Assembly (NCBI RefSeq): GCF_000143415.4
Contig: NW_003314263.1
Location: 994,165 to 1,058,164 of the forward strand
Direction of reading: 5' to 3'
From: Selaginella moellendorffii
Lineage: Eukaryota > Plantae > Lycopodiophyta
DNA: 64,000 nucleotides
Part shown: positions 51,179-62,992 of the stretch, piece after piece
Layout: each line of letters opens with the position of its first letter
How positions within the stretch are numbered: the first letter of the stretch is position 1
Translations under genes and position numbers: made by a program
Notes under the pieces: model-generated
Databases searched by the model: none
What the model was told of the DNA's origin: nothing
The model's input: only the letters and a program-made list of their open reading frames with translations

Positions 51179-54100
51179 ATGGAGGGCTTCCTTTTGCATT
51201 ACCAAGATCACCCACCGCTTTCTATCTCCCAGAGTCTTATTTCAGAAAGTTTTCTTTGCCGACGTTTCGATCTTTCTCTCGGTTCTATTTCATTGGAAGC
51301 TGTGATTCGCAACAACATTGGTGTAGTTGAACGATCGGAGTTTCTTCTTTCGGGTGTAGGTGAAGGTGGACAACATTGGGATTTGCAACATTCCAAGTCG
51401 AAAGAGATTCGAGTTTTTGGATCTCCAATCAAAGTGCGAGGTTGTGATCCTGCTAAAGTGAATGTGAAGCAAGAGTCGGTCGTCATCATTTCTTCCTCTT
51501 CTAGTTCTAGTGGAGATGTTAGTCCAGTGCGAGCCAAGAATTTCCAAACTCCAACTTCACTGATATTCCAAGCTGTTTGCAACGCTTTCCAGTTTTCCCG
51601 CCTCTCTATCGACGTGCGTTCCTTTCTGCATAGGCTCGTTAGCAAGCTCCCTTCTACATACAATGGCAATATCTTCTTTGAACTACCACCTCTTGTCAGC
51701 TCAAAACGAAAGGGGATGGAGACAAAGCAGGATGTCCATAACTGGTGCAAGATCAAGACCACACATTTCCAGCATTTTGAAGGCACAGTGTCTATGGTTC
51801 ATTGTGGTGGGTATTTGGATTGTGTGAATAAAGCATGCAATCAAGAGCGTGGTAAAAACTCCATATTTTTTGAAGGATCTGCAACCAATCCTCCCCTCTG
51901 TGACACCATTGGTGTTGGATTCAAGTGTCGATTTTGCAAGAATGCTCCATTGTGTCGTGCCATCTGCGGGGCCAAGATGTACTATTTTCTTCCACGGGAT
52001 GGAGAGGTTGGTAGAGCTGCAGTACATATTGGCACGCACACACATCCAATGCAGGAAGGGATACAAAGGAGTTCAGTCAACCATTTCAAAGATGCAGTGC
52101 AGATAGAGACTGTGAGAAACTCATTTGCAACTCCAAAGCATGTTCAGAAGACAGTGCTCAAGGATTTTATTGCAAATACTTTACTTGATCCGGACTACAA
52201 GAATACTCAACTAGATGAGGCTAGCTTGCGGGAGTTACTACGACATGTGCAACCTGCAACTAGCCTTAGAAGGTATGAAAATATTATTACATACTTTTCA
52301 ATAATATCTCTCTTACATTTTGTTTTATTTAGGATAAAGTCTTGGATGTGTGAATCTCGAGAGGGGAAACTCCAATCAAAAATCGACTCAATCCTTGAAC
52401 TAAAACGGACTTGTCCCTATGAGTTTATCCATGGGAGTTTATTTCCAGATCAAGTCGTTAGTGAGCAAGAGCGCCCCTTCGTTTTCAAAATGTCTACCAT
52501 GGGCCCTGCCTCTGGTGTGGACCTTGTTTCCCGAATGGATATGTCTGGGTCGAGTGACCTTGCTAATGCATGGGTACATTTTGACCATATGGAGCGGGTG
52601 GCAGGTTGGACAACCATGGGAGCTCATGTGTATGATCCAAGGTAGTTTTTTTTCTCATTATCTTAAAATGGTTTTAAACATTGCACTTTTCACAGGCTAC
52701 GTTGTAACTTGACAATTGCAACGGCAGAGTTTAAAGTACAAGACCAGATGGCTCAAGAAATATTTTGGAAGTCCCTCTCCGACATTGTATTGAAGCGGAC
52801 TGGTAAGCCTGCCAACTTTCGCGGTTTCATGGCAGATGGGGCTGGGGCTAATTGGAATGGTGTCCGGGCAGTCTTTGGGAATGGTCTACCCCTAGAAGGT
52901 CGTGAGAGGACATGTGAGTTCCATTGGGCTCAGAGCCTAAACCAACACTGCCACCTTATCAAGCCAGATTTCCAATTAGCATTTAAGGAGTTGTGCAAAC
53001 AATGGCAAGCTGCACCTTCTGAAGAAGAGCATGAGGCAAAAGCAAACGAGATTCGAATGTGGTGGCGTGAAGATGGCCATACTGACGTAAGTTGTCTACC
53101 ACAACTTGAGTCGTGGTTGGGGTGGTGGGAAGTTAGAATGTTCCAATGGGGACATCACTCTTTTCAGGTTGGTTTTTCTTTTTTTCCTCTCTTTTTATTG
53201 CTTTTTAATATCATCTTTTTATAAGGATCAACCACTTGAGGATCTTGCATACACCCCAACTGTGAATCTCTCAGAGAGTAAACATTGGAGCTGGCGTTCC
53301 TCTGAGGCAGGGAAAGGGAAGATGAGTCTATATGAAGCATGTCTATCAGATTTGATACGCGCTGTAGAGCAGTCTTCAAAAGCTTTGGCATTTGAGGAAG
53401 GAAGATACATGGGAACAGGACCTTCGGTTGAGATGTTACACGATCGGATGAAGAAGAAAGTGACTCCACCAGCACGAACAATAGCAACTGCAGTGGAGGA
53501 AGTGGTCCGCGGCACATCTATGGAGTACACTCCTCGGGCTTCTATTGGTGATATGAAGACCGTCCGCTCAAAGCGTCGATTTTCTTTTGCTGGTGAAGAT
53601 GTTGGCACGGATCTTGGAGCAAAAAGCTCTCACAGGCCTGATGTTGAGTATCATTCTGCTCCAAGACATCGCCCCAGAACCGAACCACCTCAAGTGGCTG
53701 ATGAAGAAAGTGCATCACAGCAGGTTGAAATTGCTTATCGTAGTGTGGAGCCAAAGCAATGGGCAATCCGTCGAGTGCCAGCGAAATCAAATGTAAGGTG
53801 TGTGGGGATGCTTCCAAGGGGCAAGTGTTGGGCTTGGATCCGTGGTGAAAAATCTGCTTCTGTTCCAGCCCCATGTTTCTATGGGGAACGAAAGCAAGCA
53901 GGATTTTCAAGATGGTGCTGGCTATATTGTTGCAACACCGACGCCAACCATACGAAGCGGCTTGAAGACACTATAGTGACTAAACCTGATGCAGTACCTA
54001 AAGAATGGCCGGTTGCTAATGGGGTCGCGCTCACCTCGGATGAGATTGAAAACCTTGAGAAATTTGGTTTTAATCTTGAGAGGAGAGTTGGAGACATGAG

Positions 54101-54503
54101 TGACAGGAGCAGGACTATTCCTACAGAGATGCACAGGAGGCCAGCACGAAAAGGTAAAGCAGTTAAATTTATTGGTACCGTCTCCAAGCAGAAGCAAGGT
54201 AAAATAAACTTGGCTCAAACACTTGAGTGTGAGATTCTCTCCACGAAGTACATCACTGCGCTTGCAAAGGAGTACATAGTCAAAACAGAAGGTGGAGAGT
54301 ACACAATTGCCATTCACGACTTTCCTTCTTGCACATGTCCAGACTTTATGAAGCGCGAGGAACATGGGAAGGCATATGCTCCTTGCAAGCATATGTACTA
54401 CATCTTCATCAACATCTTGCACCAGGATCCTAAAGTGGATATTCATATACACCAAGCAAGCCTTACTATTGCTGAGTTGCAAAAAACTTTTGGAGCTAAT
54501 TAG
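51179..54503 (+). CDS. MULE/Mutator-superfamily DDE transposase, ~1050 aa, 4 exons, with N-terminal GCM-like Zn domain and C-terminal SWIM finger
   Basis: exons 51179-52272, 52333-52641, 52696-53167, 53226-54503 = 3153 nt open frame; WVHFD, FMADGA, CEFH, TVNLSESKH motifs; CTCPDF...CKH SWIM. Confidence 0.87.
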
Positions 54504-54594
54504 ATTTCTCCAACACTATCGATGTTTATTCCCCTTCAATAAAACTTATTATACTTTATATAATTAATACAAATGTGCTTTTTCATTTCACTTT

Positions 54595-55047
54595 TCATTT
54601 TATATGCTTCCGAGTGTTCTTCTCGCAATATTGCCCATAGTACTCGTGTGTCTCCATTTCTGTCTTTACCATCTCAAAAAAGATTTCATGGTAGTCTTTC
54701 GGGTGCGTGATGTTGCAGTGTGTCGCAAGAGCATATATACCATCATACTGATCATTGCCATTGTTTCCACCAGACGCTAGAAAACATACGGGGCACTTCT
54801 TGAAAGTGGCAGAATTGCATTTTTCTAAAACAAGTAAGAGGGCATTCTTTTTCACCCAATTTGTTGCACCCTCTGTCATTGCATTTATCTCCAACTCATG
54901 ATCACTATCCTCACTATCCTCTCTTTCATTCTCTTGTGTGATTTGGTTATGCTGTGCAATGGGATAGTTATTGCATCTCCTAGCCCTTGAGCCCTGGGAA
55001 GAAAGATTGTGAGAGTTAAAATTACCAACACTAGAACCCATAGACAT
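54595..55047 (-). CDS. 150-aa zf-XS-like zinc-finger protein
   Basis: CPVC...GGNNGNDQYDGIYALATH...YH; conserved in copy C. Confidence 0.75.
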   Translation of the reverse strand: MSMGSSVGNFNSHNLSSQGSRARRCNNYPIAQHNQITQENEREDSEDSDHELEINAMTEGATNWVKKNALLLVLEKCNSATFKKCPVCFLASGGNNGNDQYDGIYALATHCNITHPKDYHEIFFEMVKTEMETHEYYGQYCEKNTRKHIK

Positions 55048-55597
55048 TTGTGGGTGTATTTCCCTTTTTTCGAATGAGAGTGTGAATGAAGATCTATAAA
55101 TTCTAAACAGTATGCTACGACAAACCCCTCAAGAATGTATTCTACAAAGAACCAAGTCTTTCTTTTATATGCAATAAGCTTACATCAACGGTTATTTTTT
55201 TTCCTTTCAAACGGTTATATGGCTTCACATAGAATCTTATTTCAAATTTAATAATTTTTTAATTCTGACAAACCTAACATTTACTAGCCAAAAAGCATAG
55301 AGTACAAATTTAAAGAAGTGACAAGAATACTCTTTTTTCAAACATTTTATTTTATGTTCTAACAAATGTCCCTATCATTGCATGTAGTAAATATTTAAAT
55401 TATTAGAACAAAATGTGTTCTTTAGAACATTTTTATCTATATAATATATAGAGAGTTATTAAATTATTAGGTTCGCCATAACCTTAAAATTTTAAAATTT
55501 ATAATGTTTGTACTAAATTACAATTGAAAATTGAGCTCAACTCGTGAGCTCAACTCTTCAACTCGTGAGCTCAAGTATGGTCCGCGCCCAATGTACC

Positions 55598-57021
55598 CAT
55601 GCATTTGCAAGGTCACTGGACCCAAACATGTCCATTCGGGAGATAAGATCTACGCCAGAGGCAGAGCCCATGGTAGACATTTTGAAGACGAAGGGGTGCT
55701 CTTGCTCATTCACAACTTGGTCTGGAAACAAACTTCCGTGGATGAACTCATATAGACAGGTCCATTTCAATTCAAGGATGGAGTCAATTTTTTATTGCAA
55801 CTTCCCCTCTTGAGATTCACACATCCAAGATTTTATCCTAAACAATATAATGTAAGAAAAAATTATTATTATAACGTATGAAAAATAACGGATGTACCTC
55901 CTTAGGCTAGTAGTAGGTTGTACTCTTCGTAATAAGTCTCGCAAGCTAGCCTCATTTAGTTGAGTCTTTTGGCAACCTGGATTGAGTAAGGTATTTGCGA
56001 TAAAATCCTTAAGGACGGTCTTCTGAACATGCTTCGGAGTTGCAGATGAGTTTCTCATGGTCTCTTCCTATACAGCATCTTTGAAACGATTGAAAGAACT
56101 CCTTTATATCCCTTCCTGCATTGGATGCATATGTGTGCCAACATGCACTGCAGCTCTTCCAGCCACTCCATCCCGTGGAAGAAAGTAGTACATCTTGGCC
56201 TCACAGATAGCACGACATAGAGGAGCATTTTTGCAGAATCGACATTTGAATCCAACAGCAATGGTGTCACAGACTAGAGGATTGACTGCAGACCCTTCGA
56301 AAAATATAGAGTTTCTAGCGCAGTCTCGATTGCATGCTTCATCCACACAATCTAAATGCCTGCCACAATGAACTATAGACACTGTGCCTTCAAAATGTTG
56401 GAAGTGTGTGGTCTTGATCTTGCACCAATTGTGGACATCCTTCTTGGTTTCCATCCCCTTTCGTTTGGAACCTGTGCTGCTGACAAGAGGTGGTAGCTCG
56501 AAGAAAATGTTGCCGTTGTAGGAGGATGGAAGCTCACTCACAAGCCTATACAAAAATGAGTGCATGTCGATTGAGAGGCGTGAAAATAGAAAAGCATTGC
56601 TAATGGCTTTGAATATTGCTGAAGTTGGAGTTGGAGCTGGAGCTGGTGAATTTGGCGCCGACACTAGCATGACATCTCCACTTGAACTAGAAGAGGACGA
56701 GAGGATAACGACTGATTCTTGCTTCACATTCACTTTCGCTAGAGCGCATTTTGGCATTTTGACTGGAGATCCGAACACTCGAATCTCCTTCGACTTGGAA
56801 TTTTGTAAATCCCATTGTTGTCCACCCTCGCCCACACCAGAAAGAAGAAACTCCGAGTATGCAACTATACCGGTGTTGTTGCGGATCACAGCCTCTAAAG
56901 AAATAGAGCCAAAACGAAGATAAAAACGCCGACATAAAAAACTTTCAGAAACAATACTCTGAGAAAATGAAAAAGGTGGGTGATCTTGAAAATGAAGAAG
57001 AAACCTTTCCATCCTTCTCAA
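55598..57021 (-). pseudogene. 5' part of the element C transposase
   Basis: homologous to 51179-52570; premature stops; broken at WVH|FD by insertion of element B. Confidence 0.9.
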
Positions 57022-57904
57022 TAGGTTTTGGAGTTCTCTCTCTTTATGCTACTTGTAAAAATCTATAGTGAAACATAATTGAAATTTAAATAGAGTAATA
57101 AGAAGATAAAGTACAAAATGAATTTAAATTCTATAGCAAATTTAACATGTGTAAGTGTGACAGTATTAATATTACTGTCATCTATTATGATGTCTAATGC
57201 ATGTATACATATAGATCCAAAGAAAGATTTTCAGCACGTGAAGTTTGATAGTTAATAATGATACCAGTAATGACATTTTGCTATAACGTGTCAAACCAAG
57301 AGATCCAATCTAACTATCAGCACGTGTGATATGTCAAGTTGTCAAATTTTAAGTGGTAGATGATAATAAATCTTGTCAAATCTTATTCTTCAATGACAGA
57401 ATTGATTCGTAGTACAACTCAAGTTTTATCCATAATTGTGAACACTGCTCAATGACATTTAAAGCACGTGCCTATTGTTTAGGATCTAATACAACACAAA
57501 ATAAATTTCTGGATGAGGATTCATCCATTCATAGATGGATATAGTACAACATATTTTAACGTGCCTTATTTATACTCTTTGAAGTTCTTGTAACGATTCC
57601 AAAATATGTACAAAATATTGATGAGAATGCATCCTTTCTAGATAATTGGTAAAATATAATATCATATCTCTAATAACAGAAATGTTGATAGGTGCTAGTT
57701 ATACCATCATTAAAATATACAAAATAAAGAAGCATAATTTACATATAATAATAATGATAAGATAAAATAAGATCAAAGATATTGTGATGGTTGAGATTTA
57801 GGTTATTTGGAATGAACGGCCAGGATTAGAGATTGGTTAGGGTTAGGGCAGCCATCAGGATTAGGGTTAGGGTAGCCGCCAAGATTAGGTTACTGTTCGC
57901 ATTG

Positions 57905-58170
57905 TGAGTGGAGCGCGCGAGAGATCGAGAGATTGAGCGCGAAGGAGATCGAGGGATTGAGCGCGAAGGAGATCGAGCGATTGAGCGCGCAAGAGATCGA
58001 GAGATTGAGCGCGTGAGCGGGAGAGTTTGAGCGTGTGAGTGGGAGAGATTGAGCACATGAACGGGAGAGATTGAGCACGCGAGTGGGAGAGTTTGAGCGT
58101 GTGAGCCGGAAAGATTGAGTGCGCGAGCAGGAGAGATTGAGTGCGCGAGCGGGAGAGATTGAGCACACAA
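57905..58170 (+). repeat. CG-rich ~20-bp tandem array (gagattgagcgcgcgagcgg-like) upstream of the element C ParB-MTase gene
   Basis: about a dozen units read directly. Confidence 0.8.
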
Positions 58171-58206
58171 GAAATCTAGCACAATCAAGAAATCGAGGGA
58201 GGAAAG

Positions 58207-61200
58207 ATGCCACCAAGGGTGAGTTTCGATTTGATTGCTTCCACTTCCATTTTTTGAGTCCATTGCTTTCATTCCATTGCTTCCCTTTTTTTTTCTTGAT
58301 TGCTTCTTTGCTGGCCGAGGTCAAGCTCAAGCCGGCCACCTCAGGCAGTTTTGCTTGCCGAGGGGCTGAAGTTATTTGAATAACCTCGGCCCCTCGGCGA
58401 GCAAAACTGGCCGAGCTCGAGCTCAAGGTGGAGTCTAGGCCCACTTGATTTTTTTTTCCTCTTTGACTGTTTGAATTTCTCATTATCTTTATTTAGTTTG
58501 ACTAACAAAACTTTTTCTCTTCCAGAAAAGGAAAATTGTAACACATAAAAAGGTTGTTGGAGCCAAGAAGACATGAGAAGTTCAATTTGGCACTGACGAC
58601 GACATCACAATCGACATGTCCATTGGCACAACAAAGACACATGACCATGGCCACCTCCACCACCTCCATCACCACCTCCACCACCTCCATCGCCACTGCC
58701 ACCACCACCATTGCCACCACCACTACCACTATTGCCTTTGCCCCCACCGCCACCGCCACCACCACTGCCACTATTGCCTCTGCCCCCACCACCACTGCCA
58801 CCACCACCAACGCAAATCCCTGAAGTTGGGCAATCTAGTGGTGTTCACGATAGGGAACCTGAGGAACAGCTTGGAGCTGAAAGAGTTGCAGACCTTCCTG
58901 ACAATGTGGTGGACAAGCGCTTCCAAGAGACTGTTATACGGACAAGGGAAAAAGCAATTCACCAAACACTTGAGGCGCTCAAGTGGCTAGGCCCTTGTGA
59001 CTTGATCAGAGAAATCCCCTTTTGCCGTTTGCAGCAGACGAACCTTGTCCGCACAGCATCCAAGTATGTCAACCCGGATATATACAACTTGTTCAAACAG
59101 AATGGCCTTGCAACAAATATCGGTATGTTTCTAGTCTCTTTTTGCAAGCCAGGAACAACGGAGATCATTACTGTCACACCCGAGATTGTGAATAGTTGGG
59201 ATCCTATTTGGAGGAGGAAGTCCCTAGAATTTGATGACATGCTTATCAGACATCCTGAGACTCGACAGCTTGCGAGGACAATGTTCCAAATTATTGACGG
59301 TAACCACCAATATGGAGCTTGGATGAAGTGTATCGATGATCATTTTCGTGATGATCCCGTCTACCATATCAACGTTCCAGTCGGCCATGTCTACGCGAGG
59401 GGACCTTTGGATGTCAATAGACTTATCTTAGCCTGCCAAAAGATCAATGCGTAAGTTTTATAATTTTACCTCTAACTCCACTTTAACTTTTTTTGTTGTG
59501 TTTAAATGTAGGCTTGGGCAATTCATTATTCAAAAACAAAATCTTATCCATGACATCGAGCAACTTTGATTTTTGGCAGACTTGAGTGAGGATGACATCC
59601 GCCAACATTATGGTGATGATCTCGCAACACTTGTTTGGCACTCAGGCACTCGAAATGACGGTACAACTTGGTTCAACAACCCAATCAGTTTTATGCTCGC
59701 TGTGTGGTGTAAGGTATGTCTTTCCCTTTTATTTTATAAAAGCCTCTTTTAATTGTTTTGGTTTTTAGCCTTTAGTGAAGGTCTAGCAGGATGCTTACGA
59801 ACTTGCATATCTGGAGAAGAGTCAGGAAGAGCTCTCAGCTGAGTTTGTACAAATTGAGCACAAAATTCAACATGCAAAGTCCTCAAAGTTGAAGAAATTA
59901 GTATGCATTGCAGACAATCGCAGGCCGAAGGAGTGGCTAGAGACTATAGCCGAAATTTCTTCTCATGAATGTAAGTTTTTTATCACACTTCATTTTTCTT
60001 AATTATGCATATGTTACTTTTGCAGTGAACAAAACTCCAGATGACATGATTTACAATATCGCAAAATTGAAACTTCCATATAAGCAACAGATAGAGACTC
60101 TGGAGTTCCTCAATGTCTGCTTGATGAATAGAGAGAAAGGACTGCTAGAACTATTTGAGAACATGATGAGAAGGGCTGTCTACATCACGCAAACTATAAG
60201 TGAAGGTGAGAAGTTCTTGGCACCACACATTGGTGACGATCCAGATGGCACATTCATGTCTTTCGACACCTACATCAACACGTCATTGAAAGGGATCGAA
60301 GAGGGGTGGCTGCCAGAGAAGTCTACAAGCACAACATATGATTGCCAACATGGTCAACCTTATTTCATGTGACGTATAGCTTATAGGTATAATATGATTT
60401 CTAAGACTGTTTTTTAATATATATTGTTTACAGGTATCTTCAATATAGAGGCATGCCATTTGAGGCACCAGTTTGCACTCGACTTGTTGCAAAGGGTGTA
60501 AGGGATGGAGGAATGTACCCAACAATGTTTGTGAGAGTTCCGAAGGCACGGAAGATAGAATGCCCTTGGGAGTTGGAGCTCCTAGGGAAGGAGACTTCTA
60601 CACTAGATCACGAGGAAATTATCAATGCTAGCAACGATGGCAATGCAAGTGATGATGGAGATGAGGATGAAGAAACTCCAGATCAAGTTCATGTTCCACC
60701 ACCAGATAGTCAGGAACAGGCTCCAATTCAACCATCAAACAACCAAGATCCGGATCAGGTTCTACCAGTAAATAACGATGATCATGTGGTTCACAGAATA
60801 TCACATCGACCTCGAGGTAAGCAAAAGTGAATTTTACAAACTAAAGGTGGTAATACATGTTTTTTGCAGCAATGACTGTTGGTAGTAATTTCATTCCAGC
60901 TCGACGAGATGCTCGTGAAGAGGAGTTGGAGGAACTCTCATCGACAACACGCCATATGACGGTATCATACTATTTATTACTTTTTTCATTCACTTAGCTT
61001 TTTTATAGGTCCGTCCTGTATCCCCAATAACACAACGAGGCATTGTGGGTATCTTCATTGGCTCTTACAGTAGATTATTGACATCTTTCACGGAAGACGA
61101 CATCAACATGGATATATGCCGCCAGTTCAACCGTTGGTGCCAAAAGATACAAAGGCCCGTGCTCCTAGTTGTGGACTTCATTCTCTTCGACTTTCCAGAT

Positions 61201-61338
61201 GGTCTTTTAGATATCGATGGGAAAATTGAGGACTGGAACTTTCTCACACCTGACCACTTACGCGATGCATTCCTATTGTCCGAAGCACTTATGCTCGAAG
61301 CTGGCCATGTCGTCTTCATCCTACCGAACGACCCCAAA
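58207..61338 (+). pseudogene. ParB-MTase gene of element C (frameshifts, stops, 3' deletion)
   Basis: ATGCCACCAAGG|GTGAGT first exon (MPPR, as in B); FQIIDGNHQ; FILFDFPDG. Confidence 0.85.
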
Positions 61339-62992
61339 TATGACAGCTGTAACAGTTGTCATAATAAAATAATATAGTTTTATAAAAGATAGGTTCTCAT
61401 AAACTTTGTCTTTTTTAAACAATTCAATCTTATAGAAACTTTTAACTTAGATATTTACGTATTTTAATATTTTAAAGTTTGCTAGAACCTTCATTTGTTC
61501 AATTTAGATCTCCTTTGTAATATTTCTTATTGACTATGTTGACTTGAGTTGACTTGTGTTGAATTGAGCTCAACTCATGAGCTCAACTCAACTTTGGACC
61601 ATCCCCCTAACACTTAACAATTCCTTCCCTCCAACTCCAATCCCAACCCCAACAACAACGTTATTGTCCCTAAGGACAAGTTATATAAATGATCAACCTT
61701 TCTAGAGAACCATATTTAAGCTCTTGATGCATCATCTATAGTTGTGTATATCAAGGAATCACTAGGTTCATCACTCTACATTTTAACTACCTAATATAAA
61801 ACATTCGATGAGTTTTCACTTCAATTGGCTATTGCATCCAATAAGCCATCTTATCAATGCACTATAACACTTAATATGGAGTAACATATCTATAAAAAAG
61901 TTATCACTTTTACCACACTACAAAAGCATTAAAGTGTTCTACTACTCACTCGATGGAAATATTGTTCACACAAAGACGAAATCTTCCACTTTTTATTTCC
62001 AGAATTGATAATGCTCATTGGCAAACTTCTTTGTTTTGTCTTAAGCCATCTGCAAATTCAGTGTATATACCATTAGAATCTTATTAACTTCTATACTTGA
62101 TCAGTTATCTCTAAATCAAACTTGTGTTAAACATCCTCACTTAAATGCAATTGTAACTTTAATCTTGTTTTAGGATGCATAAGGGTCATTATTGTTTATC
62201 CAATCCAGTGGTTCTTAATTTTTAAGAATATTTACTTTAACTTTAAGGACTGAGCTTGATTTCATATGTTGGCTATTGTTATGGATGAATTGCATCAATA
62301 GAAGATACAACTAACTTTTGGGATCATTAGTGTGATGTCTGTCATTGTGATAACTATAGCCAAAATCCATGAACAAAATAAAAGAGACAGATGGAGAGGG
62401 AAATTTTTCTAACACTGAGAACTTTTATGACATAAATGTGGCTCTACAAACCAAATTTTAATTATAATTCTAAATTTATAATATTAATATTTTATGACAT
62501 AAATATGGCTCTACAAAACAAATATTAAATTATAATAATAAATATATAATAAAATATACAATATACCAATATACAATACAAACAAATTTCGGTTAGCAAA
62601 CCAAAGAAAACAGCACAATACAGAAAAATAATTTATTATGTTAAACTCTGATATGCAAGGACTACATTTATTTGCATAAAGACATGCCTTTATTTTAAAA
62701 TTCATATTTAAATTAATATTCTCAAATTAGTTTCTTGCAATAAAGATTTAATAAATTTATAAGCTTTCAACATCAAACATTTCCTAACTCAAAATAAATG
62801 AATAATGTTAATCAACTTTAAAATAAAGTAACTACTTTGTTATTAACCAAAATTAATATTAATATATAGCATCAATTTATTTATTTAAGTAAATCAGACA
62901 AAAATTATGAAAACATAAGTATAAACTATAATTATAAATATTTAGAGTTTAATCTTTAGTTTAGCACTAAAACATTCACACAATTTTTCCTC

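Larger units (their letters stand above)
42928..55589 (+). mobile_element. 12.66-kb MULE-like element B, apparently intact, six genes, nested in inverted orientation in element C
   Basis: 8-bp TSD AATGTACC (42920-42927 / 55590-55597); imperfect GGG...CCC termini with TTGAGCTCA subterminal repeats. Confidence 0.93.
39623..61606 (-). mobile_element. MULE-like element C (~9 kb net of nested insertions), defective
   Basis: 8-bp TSD CTAACACT (39615-39622 / 61607-61614); termini GGGCGCAGACCATACTTGAGCTC and ...GAGCTCAACTCAACTTTGGACCATCCCC. Confidence 0.92.

Noticed and set aside
51179-54503. Zisupton/KDZ or hAT assignment, suggested by the 8-bp TSD and SWIM finger
   Set aside because: The D...D-x-CxFH...TxNxxESxH motif series followed by SWIM fits the MULE superfamily; no hAT dimerisation or KDZ motifs seen.
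42928-61606. A single 18.7-kb element bounded by near-perfect inverted ends at 42928 and 61606
   Set aside because: TSDs pair 42928 with 55589 (AATGTACC) and 39623 with 61606 (CTAACACT); these are same-type ends of two nested, inverted copies.
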